A stretch of 63,647 nt of DNA, filler included, from Craspedostauros australis (GCA_030167865.1; 7 parts of 7 records of this genome joined end to end with filler, not necessarily neighbours in it), one strand, 5' to 3'; positions 36,699 to 48,747 are shown, counted from the first letter of the whole stretch. Numbers and translations are program-made. The notes: generated by a model from the sequence alone, not told the origin.

Positions 36699-36920
36699 TA
36701 CATGTACCCGCACTGTTGTCAAATGAGCTCCCTTTGGTCGACGGAAACTGATGTGTAGGAAGGTGACTGCATTTGTCGAGATGTACATGTGAGTATATGT
36801 CGAGATGTACGAGTATATGTGCATCGTTCACCCGTTATTCTCTCATACGCACTTGGACGGTATAACTACATTCGTGTCGATAGTATGCTGTGATTCGTCA
36901 GAATTACAGGGGAAACTGAA

Positions 36921-37582
36921 CACACGAAAAGGGGCAAGATTTCTGGAGGAAATTTGCAAATGACGATTTCTGAGACAATTGGAATATCGTCCGTCCATCC
37001 ATCAATGGTACCAAGAGAATCTCGAGGTACTTCCCAACTAAACCTCAGATGACGATATCATCTGACAGNNNNNNNNNNNNNNNNNNNNNNNTGACATCTG
37101 GAGAGCAGAAGGACGCCTACTGACGTTGACAGGATGTCATCATGTCACCACGTCGACATCTGTCTCCAAGTCAGAGCAGAAGGCGAAGATCCAATGACCC
37201 ATGAAGATCATGGATACTGAAGGTGAACTTCAAATGGTGAGTACTCATGGAGTAGGAACCAGTACTGAATGAACGGAGTGTCGAATGCGGAGTACGCATC
37301 GAACACAGACTATCGTGTGGGACGAGCACACGATGTTGAGAGAGAGAGAGAGAGAGAATACAGAGAGGAGCGAGAGAGCATCTCGCGTACCGACTCATAG
37401 TCGTGTCGGAGACCGAATCTACGAAACAGATTGAAGCACCGAGAGCATCGGGCAAGAGAACGGGCGTACACCAAGAGGATCGGAGTAGCCAACTAATGAA
37501 TTAGCAAACGAACGACTATCAACCAACACCATCTTCCACGATCGTAGGTTACCGTGAGCGGAACTTGCCAACATGCAACATC
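36921..37582. repeat. Dispersed repeat copy A, starting CACACGAAAA; probable DNA-transposon end
   Basis: Colinear with 62791-63455 (e.g. ACAGGATGTCATCATGTCACCAC..ACATCTGTCTCCA and GAACTTGCCAA). Similarity starts abruptly at CACACGAAAA in both copies. Confidence 0.75.
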
Positions 37583-37642
37583 TTCCCCTTTCCGCTGCGT
37601 TCACGGACTCCATCGGTTTCGACAGCCACATGCCCGGGCTGG

Positions 37643-37941
37643 CGTCGTCTTCTTCGCCTTGTCGTCTACTTTGTAGTCGTCCAATTTTTATTTCACAATT
37701 CCGCCTGGTGCTATTCCTATGCCAACAAAAGCATACCTATGTCGGGGATCCCGTGTTATTCCTCGCAATAGAATTTTTGCGCCCTCACCTGAACGTTTCC
37801 ATCACGCATTCTATCAGTTTCGACGTCTGGAGGGATGAATCACTCTCGTCTCCTCCGCCTCATTGTTTACTTTGTAGTCGTCCAATTGTTATTTCGCAAT
37901 TCCGTCTGGTGCTATTTCTATCCCACCAAATCCATACCCAT
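37643..37941. repeat. Diverged direct duplication of ~95 bp, copies ~200 bp apart
   Basis: TACTTTGTAGTCGTCCAATT.TTATTTC.CAATTCCG.CTGGTGCTATT at ~37667 and ~37868. Confidence 0.8.
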
Positions 37942-38727
37942 GCAAATTCCTCTCCGTCGTCATGCACCTTCTGGAGGGCATCGTCAGTGTCATGCACGAT
38001 TGCCGCGATTGAGGTGAGTCTATGCCATTCCAGTTGCATCAACCATTCATATTGCTCAATACTGTATGGTGTTTGGCTGATGGGATAGGGGAGGTTGGGC
38101 CTGAGCGATCTACACGCTCCGAATTAATGTTGCTCGCAATCCTCTTGCAAGGGCTCCTGATAATCAGCAATTCAATACAAGTCAAGGGCACCAAACACTG
38201 CACTTACTACGCCGCCTGGGTGATCAATCCGATAGGTGAANNNNNNNNNNNNNNNNNNNNNNNNNNNNNNNNNNNNNNNNNNNNTTAATTAATTAANNNN
38301 NNNNNNNNNNNNNNNNNNNNNNNNNNNNNNNNNNNNNNNNTGTTTGTGTCTCTGTATTTTCTGCGAGAGTGATGGAGTGTGCTTCTCGCGGAGGAAAAGT
38401 GCATTGGTATCAGTTCCCCAACATCCTGCACAAGGCACGCATTTGCCCCAGACTAGGCAGAGGAGATGCGCTCGCTCAGCTATGTCAGCGCATCGTACAA
38501 GTACTCTGTGTAAGTGTATCCATACACGTACCAATACACTGCTGGGAAGCTTCACGTCTTGTCGTCCTTTTGCCATCTTGGCACATGCGTTGGAAGAGAA
38601 GTCTATCATTTGGTGGAGATCATTGATGGTACGAGTATGAAACAAGTATTGCGCACTAGATTAGTGGGCGTACGCCTATATCCTAGCCAAGTGGGCGTGT
38701 TTGGCGGGATGTGTACAATCCCAATGC

Positions 38728-39249
38728 CTACATTGGGCATGCGTCGGCTCCAAGTGGGGTGGTTGTTGGCGATGCCAAGGTAGTGAATGCTGCTCCATTG
38801 AAGAATGAGAGCAGTGTCAAACGGAGGCCCATGCCAGCCTCGGTGACAGCAAAAGCAAAGCCATCGTCGAACTCGGTCTCGATCGCGTTGACGCGGTATT
38901 CTCCTCCGCGCATCCAGACAGCGGAGCCGGTGTGGGTGTTGGTAAATGTGTTTCCTCCGTCGGTGGAGAAGCACTGGGCCCATCTGTAAAGCGTCGGGTT
39001 TTCGGTTGCCACGAATGTTTGGTACAGGGCAGCATCGGCCAAGCCAAAGTCGAGCAGCACCTGGTACTCGGCAAAGTAGGATCCAGCGATGCCGTTTCCT
39101 GAGCCTGATCCAGCCTTGAATGCCTTCGTCTCCTCGACGCGGCGTTCACCCCCCTTGACACGGCGGGCGACTTGGATGTCTTCGACTTGAGCGGTGGCGC
39201 CGATGGCAGCAGCCGCGACGAGAGAAAGGATGGTGGCGAAGTACTTCAT
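38728..39249 (-). CDS. Small secreted protein of unknown function, 173 aa, single exon
   Basis: Clear signal peptide MKYFATILSLVAAAAIGATA, basic pro-like segment (ARRVKG, ERRV), beta-rich body with two Cys; GC3-rich codon use like the host genes. Confidence 0.75.
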   Translation of the reverse strand: MKYFATILSLVAAAAIGATAQVEDIQVARRVKGGERRVEETKAFKAGSGSGNGIAGSYFAEYQVLLDFGLADAALYQTFVATENPTLYRWAQCFSTDGGNTFTNTHTGSAVWMRGGEYRVNAIETEFDDGFAFAVTEAGMGLRLTLLSFFNGAAFTTLASPTTTPLGADACPM

Positions 39250-40351
39250 TCTTGCTGTGTATGTCGTGTTTGTTGGTTTTATTGGTGTTGGCGATGTTCA
39301 GGATCGGCTTTGATTGATTTTATGAGCAGAGCAGACTCGTTTGCCGGAGAGTGTCGGAAGTGGCTGGGGGCATCACTCTAATCGGTGCGGTTGTGAAAAA
39401 GGATTCGCCTGTGTGTCTCTGCTTGTTCTTCCGTATGCAACCACCTCCTGTGTTATTATATCATGTTGGGATGCGATGACGAGTACTATTTAGTACTGTG
39501 GCAATGTAAATATCCGTACAAAGACAAGGAATGGAGGTTGACGTTGGTGTTGGCGTACGGGACTTGCTCAATTTTTGATCGATTCACAAGCATTTGATCT
39601 TTCTGGTCATGGATGTCGATAATGTGTTGCACACGCAGTGCAACGGCATCGTCGACCATAACGCCTGGAAGCCGAATGTGTCCGGACGTTGCCGTTGAGG
39701 TTTCAACAACAAAGATCGCGAAAATGAAATCGATGCTGTCCGCCAAAAGATGGACGGAACGACGAAGGCAGGGAGTTGAACCGTGATCGTAATGGATCCT
39801 TTGCCATGCACACGAGTGCTCCGCTTGACTCCACCAAAAGCTGTCACAGGACGAAGCACTTTCGCAAGCACTGCATTTCGCCATCCCTCGGAAGCGATGA
39901 TGAGCGACAAGGATCGCCGTTGCAATTTCAAAACGTGTCTTGGCGCTGATCGTCTGCTCAAGATGGAATAGCAATACCTAGAGGATGAGAATTCGTTCAT
40001 TGCTCTGCTTCTGCACCACTGGCGTGGGAGTGTGGAGCCTGTCTTCGTCTTGCTGGAGGCTCTTCTCTCTTCCCAGTTCTGCGGCGCATGTGGTCCAAAA
40101 AGCACAAGGCGGGCAACAGCACGCAGGCACATTCGCTGTTTGGTGCCTTCACATCCCTAGGGAAGCGCGGTAAATACGTTATAGGCGTCGTTTTCCTATG
40201 GGACTCCATCAGTAGTCCAAGTAGTCCGTGTCGGACACGTCGATTGTCTACAACGTACTACCATAGTCATCCCATCAGCATTGTTTGATCACGGCTAATC
40301 CATGTATTCGCTAAATGTGTTATTGTTGTTTGTGTGTGTTTTGGGGGTCAT

Positions 40352-42430
40352 CTACTCGGTCTGTGTGCTTTCGTCTTCGTCTTCGTCTTCGTCTTCGTCG
40401 AAGTTCTCCTCTTCTTCGTAGTCGTATTCGTCCTCGCTTTCGCTGTCGCTGTCGCTAGCGGCGATCAGGTCAATCAATTCTGGAGCACGTCTGCGGCGTT
40501 TGGTTTTTGCGATTCGCGGTTGGTGGGCGCTGGAGGGAACAGCTGAGGGAACAGGTGCGGGAATCTGGAAAGAAGTCGGGATGGAAGGAACAGGGCGTTC
40601 TGGAACGCGACGAGCGCGTCCGCGAGAAACAGAACGGCGCGAAGCACGAGCAGCCGTGTTCGTCATGTTCACAGCCACATGACTGGCTTTTTTGCGAGGG
40701 AGCTGTGCGATGGAAAAGAAAACAGATGTGTGAGTCAAAATGATCGAGTCATGAACAACAAACGATCTTGTTTTCGCAGGGACTTGCTTACCTTTCCAGA
40801 CCCTCCGAAACGGGTTCCTCGGCGAGCACGAGCAGGTGGCGCACGAGCAGGTGGCGCACGAGCCGTTGGCACACGAGCAGAAGAGGGGATCAACAACAAC
40901 TCGTCCTCGTCAGATGAAGAAAAGCCATCGTCGCTCTTCGCGACTCCCACGTTGTGGTTCATTGTTTGTTTGCGTCTGTAGCGTGCCAAGTTTTTTGCTG
41001 TGTGTGTCACAGGATTTGTGCTGTACACCGGCACCAAGCGAACAATGAGCAGAGGCGCATCAGTGCGCACATCGCTTTCGCGGTCGTTGATGTTCAATGA
41101 TGGGTTCAGAAAGTCGATCCCGTGCATGGCATTGTCGGGGGTCATCTCAAATCTGTCGCTCACTTGGATGGGGAGGAGCTCCTTGTGTACGCGAACAGGC
41201 TGCGAGCATCCGCGGCACATGTTGCGGACGGCAAGCGCGTACGACTCGCTCCGCTCGCGTTGCCCGCGAAAAGACCGGACATGAGCAAGGGAGGGACGCG
41301 ACTCATTCAGGAGGTCAACCAGCTCCTTGTCAATGGCCCTGGATGACCCGAGTTCTTGGTTCTGACGGATTCTGACCTCCAGCACTCGCCCGCGCTCCTT
41401 GATTGCCACGTCTACGTCACCGTAGCATGTCCCTCCTGGGAGTTCGAAAGTGATTNNNNNNNNNNNNNNNNNNNNNNNNNNNNNNNNNNNNNNNNNNNNN
41501 NNNNNCTTGATTGCCACGTCTACGTCACCGTAGCATGTCCCTCCTGGGAGTTCGAAAGTGATTTCGAAGACCTCACCAAGTCCTTCTGGGCAGTAGGCAT
41601 GACGTACAGCAGGCAAGAAAATGTCACTGTTTCTGTTCATCCAAGCTGAAATCGCGTGCCCACGACTGGGACCCTCTTGCAAGGGTGTCCCAGTGGCGGC
41701 GTTGTTCACGAGCATGCGACCTGCAGCAGAGGCGGGAAGAGCAGCAGCATGGGGAGAAGGCACGGGTGGCGGAAGAACAGGAACAGATGAGGGCTCAGGA
41801 GGAGCAGCAGTCATCCTGTTCACTGCATTGTACACGGGTCTGAGGGCTGGGGACGGATGGGTGGGGATGTGCGCCGCGATCGGCGGGGCGGGCGGCAAGA
41901 CAGTTGTCGCCATCGGGATTTCGTTGGATGGTTCCCGGCCATAAGCCATACGAGAGAAAGCGCTCATCGTTTCCTTCGCTTCTTCCGGCTTTTGCTTTGC
42001 GACTTTCGTGATGGTTTCGTCGAATCGTTGTTTGAATTCAGTGGCGTTGGCAACAAGATCGGAAACGTTGGGGGAGAATTTCGTGTCCATGCGCACTGAG
42101 AAAGGTGAGTGACGGGTGATGAGAACTCCTGCTTCATGGGTTGACATTCTGCATGGCGATACCACCCAGACACGTACCGTCGTTGGTGGCCTTCTTCGCG
42201 CGATTCCTCTTCACAGAGTTCCGGAGGTTCCGAAGGTTGCGTGGAAAATTGCGCTTGGACAAGAACCGCAACTCCGAGTTTTCCTCCCAAACGACTCTTG
42301 CCGGTGTTGTCATGGGGATCGCCCCGCTCTCGATCTTCGCCCGCAGGTCACGGATCTGCGAATACAGTCGCTCGTTCCATTCGGCTCCATCGCCGTCATC
42401 CAGCTTCGCGACACCGGCCTTCCTCGGCAT
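40352..42430 (-). CDS. Hypothetical protein: helical N-domain, Pro-rich linker, HSP20/alpha-crystallin-like segment, basic then acidic tail; exons 42430-42178, 42095-40792, 40702-40352, ~599 aa after removing a 108-nt gap duplication
   Basis: Introns GTACGT..TCTCAG and GTAAGC..GCACAG join three ORF-track ORFs in frame. FEITFELPGG..DVDVAIKERGRVLEVRI resembles small-HSP beta strands. Confidence 0.7.
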
Positions 42431-43085
42431 GTTTGACTGTTACTTACTGGCGAATGGTGGGGGAGCGTTTGAGACAGTTATGCGAATGCTATCTGGATGC
42501 GTTTTATGAAACGAAGAGTGTTGCTGCATTCCGAGGCTTCCTCCTGTGTTCGTTTTCATCATGTGGTGATCAACAAGCTTGTCATGCACAGCATCCGCAC
42601 TATCCATCACCGTGTTGCAGCGTGATCATCCCATGTGGAGCTACTCCCCTCCACTAGCGTCCAACGCATGCTACAAGCCTAGTCGATCCCGCGTTCGAGA
42701 AGGAATGATTATATCTTATAAAAGGAATATATATTTTATAACAATATGTACATGTCTAAGTGTACGTTACATAAATATACACCTTCGAAGATGAGTGTAT
42801 ATACAATACTAGGCTAGACCCAACGCACAACGTACGGTTTGGGACGGCTCCTATGAGTCGAAATTTTGGGATACACATGGTTCTCTTTGCGTGCGCCGCA
42901 CTCGCTCGGAGCATGCACGTGTCACTACCACTTTGACGCTTTGGCTCTTCACCATGTGCTTCGATCCGTTGAGACAATGATGTGAGGTTCGCGTGCTTGT
43001 CACCATGTGCCTCTAAGTGGAATGTGTTTGGATAGACAACGACACGACATGTATGTGCGACACGCATGAGACAGGATCAGCGTAG

Positions 43086-43223
43086 ACGAGCAAACTTGGG
43101 GAATCGACGAGCAAACGAGGGGGAGTCGACGAGCAAACGAGGCGCGTCCGACGAGCAAACGAGGGGAGTCGACGAGCAAACGAGGGGAATCGACGAGCAA
43201 ACTTGGGGAATCGACGAGCAAAG
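43086..43223. repeat. Tandem array of 21-22 bp units GACGAGCAAAC-(TTG/GAG)GGGA(A/G)TC, 7 cores; resumes at ~43540-43580 and runs into the gap
   Basis: Units are directly readable; the GACGAGCAAA core is invariant and the 10-11 bp linkers are related to each other. Confidence 0.92.
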
Positions 43224-45276
43224 GACACTAAATCAGCCCAAAATACCGCGGATTTGGCACTGCGACATGGGGGTGATAGTTGATCAAGCTAATGCATCGG
43301 GTATAGTTGTCTTTTTACCTGCAGTATGATGCAGAAATGAAAAATTGATAAGACAGATGAGACATGCAGCTTGTGTTGTTCAGCTTAAGTGGTTGATGTT
43401 GATTGAAAGCTGCGTTCGGAAACACAATTGACATGAGAGTTTTGCATCGCAACCTTGTCATCTACGATACTGCGACATGTTGCTGTAAATGATTTTGTCG
43501 TATGGGACGTGTCGAAAGTACAGAAATAGTCCACACTTGAGGGGAATCGACGAGCAAACTTGGGGAATCGACGAGCAAACNNNNNNNNNNNNNNNNNNNN
43601 NNNNNNNNNNNNNNNNNNNNNNNNTTAATTAATTAANNNNNNNNNNNNNNNNNNNNNNNNNNNNNNNNNNNNNNNNNNNNCCTGTGGAGACAAATTGCAC
43701 CTCCAATTTGCCTGGGGAGACAAGCCACGTAGGCCAGTACCAGGCCAAAATCATTATGGATATTCACGATGCTAGCCGCAGCATGTCCAGTTCTGCATCG
43801 TGCTGTTGTTGTTTCCGTCAACGTGTTGGTACGCACGGGACTCCCACTCCCTCAACCCAGTCCCGTTTTAGGCGTGTGCGATTCATTCTACATTGTGCAA
43901 GTTAGGCACAAGAAAAGCTTGAATGGACAGATGCCCATGAATGGACTTGCTCGCTGCCGACACTGTGCCTGGCGTTGCCGTCGACGCTGCCGTTACAGTT
44001 GACGTTGACGTTAGCATTGGCGTTGGAGTTGAAGTTGGCACGCACACCGAGGTCAATCCAACTGCTCTGCAAGGGTATAGTACTCCAACAGGAGTACCAT
44101 GCGAATACACAACCATTCCATCCAAGCCGCTCCGGAGCCAAGGTTCGGTGCAACACCCAACTTGTCCTCGGAAGACGGGTATGGAATACGATCGCATGCT
44201 GGACTTGTCGGCCTCTTGCGATCCAGCTCCTCTTCGACTCAAGTCGACTCGACTTTACGAACACTCAGTGGCATTCTAATCCACATCATCAGCTTGATCT
44301 GTCCGTCCAGGCACCTCCAGATGGTGACATTTGAAAGCATACGAGCACTTGGAGATCTCGGCTCGCATTGCCTTCACTTCGGCTCCACTTCGACTTCACT
44401 CGACGGTTGGAGACAACAGCCTCAGAGTGTTGGGGCGGTCATGTACATGGCGACCGCAAGCTGGTTGTAGATACTACTATGTATTGATAGATGCTGGGGC
44501 AGAGGTCTCCCATTAAGCATCTGAAGTTAGCCGGCCATTATCTGATGCGGTTAACATGGAACGTAGATATAGATATCGCTTGCAGAAGGTCTGTTCCTTT
44601 CGGGCTTCATGTTGGGCCAATATTGGAAATGACCATCGGCATCACAAGTATAGCACGAGGTGGAAATAGCAACATACAACTATTGAAGAGGCATGGAGAC
44701 AACCAGAGCAGAGAGCAGAACGTAGAGTGGAAGGAGCAGCAAGTACGACCTGCTCGTATCGAGAAATGAATGGAACCATTTGCGATTCGAGAGGCATGGT
44801 ATAGTACGACTATGGTACGACTATGGTATGGTGTGGTTTGGTACCACATTGCGAATGTCATCTTTGTTTCGTTGTGTTCGATCGATGTTACGTTTTGGAT
44901 TGAATGACCTCCTTCCATCCATCCATCCATCCTTCCTTTCTCTTGTTTGGATTGGAATGCTCCTCCATTCCTCCATTCCCGTTCCGTTGATTGCTTCGCC
45001 ATTTGTTGGGTCGGAATGACACCTCGTCACAGTTCATGCCGATAAATCTCAACATCGGTTTCGTCCTGGTCACTCTCAAATGACGGTATCACATCTTGGT
45101 TGCGGATGGCGAGTTGGTGGATTGGCTCACCCTTCGATAAGCCTCATGCGCTTACGGGTACTGGACCCTGATGCAATCGATGATCAGTTGATGGGGTTGG
45201 TTGTGATTCGGGTCACTCCTTTGAAGTTGTGAACACGAGAAGTGACATACTATACAACGATACACACGTATACTAT

Positions 45277-48182
45277 CCCTTCATGACCCAGGCCCAATGC
45301 ATTCATTATATCCTTTTTTTCGGCCCGTGTTAAATTTTGAACGAGGTTTCCCTACCAGGAGCTACGACAGAAAGCTTTCTTTTTTAATCTAGTTCGGAAC
45401 CATTCTTCTTATTCACATGGTTTTACTAGTAAAAAAATTCGTCAGCCCTGATCCTGACCATGGTATGTAGCCCAGTGTTGCTTGCAGATGTAGACATCAC
45501 AGATGTTGCACATCCTTCTCACTCTTTTCGGTTTCACCCCTGCCTTTCCGTCTTTCTTTGCTTTCGCCTTCAAGAACGCACAGTATGTGCAGGTCCGCTG
45601 GCACCCTTCTCTCACGATGAGCTCCTTGTGGTTGCAATACTCTCCTGTCAGTCTCTTCAAACTCAGCGTTGGTGACTTTCTGCTCATTCTGGATGCTGTT
45701 TGGATCGATCTTGGCACTGGCCTTGATGGTGTGGTTGCCCTTGCCCGTGCCCTTGCCCTTGTTGACCTCGATTCATACATGACACCTTTCGCAACAAGCC
45801 GTTCAATCATCTGCAAACCAAATGCCTTGTGCTCCAATTGATGCTCCTTTTNGACCAGCATGTTGTGGGCGATCCAGGCATTCACCCTCAGGATGTCCAG
45901 CAGGTGAAACATCAGGGGCATCCACACTCGTCGGCATCGGAGATTCGGTCTGTAGTAGGCGATGAACTGATTGCACTTGTCCACGCCTCCCATCCAGTGG
46001 TTGTAGTCGTCAATCATCTTCGGTATGTGAATCCTCGCGTTCCAATTGCTCCCCCACACTTGTTTGTGGTGAGACTTGTTCGTCTGGGTCTCCCTTGGCT
46101 TGTGGCGATCCTTCTGCACTGTCTCATTTCCGTAGTGGATGGTGCTGACCANNNNNNNNNNNNNNNNNNNNNNNNNNNNNNNNNNNNNNNNNNNNNNNNN
46201 NGGTCTCCCTTGGCTTGTGGCGATCCTTCTGCACTGTCTCATTTCCGTAGTGGATGGTGCTGACCATCAAGACAACATTGTTGTCAACCCATCTTGTGAT
46301 GACGTGATCATCAGATTGTGTCCACAGATACAGCGAATTGAAGCGTCCATCCTCAATATCTTTCAGCTCCTTGGGAGGGAAGCCACGACGATTCCAAACA
46401 GTGCCAACGATTCCCAGCCCCATTCTCCTGGAGTTCTCAATCACAGTCTTTGTTGTGAAAAGATTATCCATCGCCACGACGTGCCCCAAATTTGGATCAA
46501 GAACAGCCATCAACTCTTGCACTGTGTTGTTGATCTTCGTTGTCTTATCCAGTCTTCCAGCAGGAAGGATATGGTACATGAACCCAGATGCAGAGCAGCA
46601 CAGCGCAAAGAACTTGTATCCTTCTTTGATGGGCTTTTGCTTCATGCGATGGGTTTGGCTCGATTGGCCTTTGAAGCGTACCATCATCTCATCGATGGAG
46701 CAGGCAAACCCTGGCTTTGCGCACACCTTCTGAGAGACCCGGTTGGTATGGTCCAGCAGTAGTTGGACCTTGGCATACCATGAGCGATCGGAAATGATCA
46801 CAGGGGGCATTGAAGGTGGTGGTGGTGCAGGTTTGCAGGCTGCCCTGCTCCCAGACCCATGTGGGGCAACATCGTCAGAGAGGTCAGATAGCGTTGACGA
46901 GGATGTTGAGGCATCAGCTGACGTTCCAGAAGCTGCGACCGTCTGCGATGATGATCTGGTACCGCGGCTCTGATCTGTTGGAGAGACATCATCATCCATA
47001 TCGTCTGCAGATGTATTGCTGCTGTCAATTGAAGAATCTGACTGGCCATCCGAGTGTTCAGCCATTGCAGTGAGATGGATGTGATTCCAAATGACTTGGT
47101 ATCGTGCTCTTGACATGTATGTCATGAACTCGTGAGAAGGAATGGAAATGGAAGCAGCTCTCCAGTAGTCTCTCTTTGCAAGGGCGCCGAAGAAGCCCAT
47201 GTAGAAGTACATTGCAAGGAATATGTACAGTTCACATACTGTCACCGGTTCAGCATTGGATCGACTGTTTCGAATATGATTGTTGGTGTGAAGCTGGATG
47301 CTCTCCACAAGAGTCTCAGGGAAGAAGATTTCCAAGATGCTATCGATTGTTGTGGCAACATTTGGTATTCCACGGAACATGGGCTTGTGATTGCCCACAG
47401 GGAGTGGTGTGTAGTTGCTTCGATGGTTGCTGTTGATGTTGATGGTGTACTGACTGCCATCAACTGTTGCACGGGTGCCGGTGCTTTCCTGGTTCCCAAT
47501 GCATCCTTCAGATGGGTCAGCTGTGATTGCAAAGTCAGCTGTGATGGTTTCATTTGATGGGCTGGCATCAGTTTTGATGCATGCAGTGTTGCTCTGATTG
47601 GATGCTGTGTCCATCTGCGTGGCCATACGCGTTGACATGCGTGTGGCCATGTGCCCAGCAATGCCAGACGGATTGCTGACGATGCTCGTTCCATCCACTG
47701 CAGGTAGTATGACGATGCCGGCATCAATTTTGCGATCCACTGAAGGTGGAATGATGATGCTGGCATCAATTTTGCCATCCACCGCAGGTGGAACGATGTT
47801 GCTGCTCTTGCCATTGGTGTGCATGGTGGTTGATGAATGATTGGTTGTTGGCGGGTTGTCGTCGAGGCCCCTGAGGGTGGTTGAATCCAGAGGCAGCCAT
47901 TTGCATGGAGGAGACCGATTCAACTTTGGAGAATCATTGAGGAAAACCACATGCGGACGAGAGCTGGTGTAGGGGAGATCAGGCTCTGCGAAGAAGGACG
48001 GCTGGCTGCTGGTTGGTGTGGAAGGTGGCTCCTTGCGCTTGGCACGGGTGAACTTGACCATGATGGATGATCAGTGTGGTGATGTGATGATGTGATGATG
48101 TGATGTTGTGATCTTTTGATTTTGTGATGTGATGGGAAGGGGAGATGTGACGACAAAAATGGGATGGAGAGACCGAAATTGG
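45277..48182 (-). mobile_element. piggyBac-like DNA transposon; 3' TIR present, 5' end lost in the gap
   Basis: Terminus CCCTTCATGACCC at 45277 preceded by CTAT; subterminal motif shared with ~206-230; transposase ORF. Confidence 0.85.
45442..48061 (-). CDS. piggyBac transposase (DDE_Tnp_1_7 plus C-terminal CRD); one 834-aa ORF after collapsing a 115-nt assembly duplication
   Basis: SIDEMMVRFKG..KPIKEGYK, AMDNLFT, WVDNNVV..ST.H, YNHWMGGVD, CTYC..CNICDVYICKQH. 46087-46151 duplicates the start of the next contig (46202 onward). Confidence 0.92.
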
Positions 48183-48282
48183 NNNNNNNNNNNNNNNNNN
48201 NNNNNNNNNNNNNNNNNNNNNNNNNNTTAATTAATTAANNNNNNNNNNNNNNNNNNNNNNNNNNNNNNNNNNNNNNNNNNNN

Positions 48283-48747
48283 TGGTTGGCAAGCCTGAGC
48301 ATCGTGTATGACCCAGACACCAATGACTACACCTCCCCAGATGTTCACTATCTCGGCGCGATTGCCGACGAATCTTTTCCGGCCAGCGTGGTCATCACCA
48401 ACATACCCGACATGATGCCAGTCAACCACAGGCCGGCTGCACTCGACAACCGCAGCTTGTTCAATCCGAACTCAACAATTGGGACAGCCAACAGGTCGAT
48501 GGACTCAGCGTACACGGCGGCCCCCAGACCAACCGATGACAACCCGGCCACAACCAACACACAACAAGGACAGCAAGACCAAGCAACCACCAACCCAAGC
48601 AGCATTCTCCGCACAGGAACCGCCACCAGGTACAACCAACCCCAATCCAAGGAAGAACAACTGCTCGCACAAGTACAAGCTCTCCGACGACAACTGGGAA
48701 AACCCGACGGCGAACCTCCGCAGCCCAATGGAGACCCGCGACCATGA
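48283..48747 (+). CDS. 3' part of LINE ORF1 (5'-partial)
   Basis: Open frame from the contig edge ending in a coiled-coil-like EEQLLAQVQALRRQL; its stop overlaps the ORF2 ATG (ATGA, 48744-48747). Confidence 0.6.
   Translation, partial: WLASLSIVYDPDTNDYTSPDVHYLGAIADESFPASVVITNIPDMMPVNHRPAALDNRSLFNPNSTIGTANRSMDSAYTAAPRPTDDNPATTNTQQGQQDQATTNPSSILRTGTATRYNQPQSKEEQLLAQVQALRRQLGKPDGEPPQPNGDPRP

Noticed and set aside
43086..43580. CRISPR-like array
   Set aside because: The period is only 21-22 bp, the 10-11 bp spacers are variants of one sequence, there are no cas genes, and the context is eukaryotic.
43681..45270. Short ORFs between the linker and the piggyBac
   Set aside because: Low-complexity sequence, no recognisable motifs and no consistent splice model.
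46087..46266. Frameshift or programmed recoding in the piggyBac transposase
   Set aside because: Removing the 115-nt gap plus duplication gives one continuous 2505-nt ORF.
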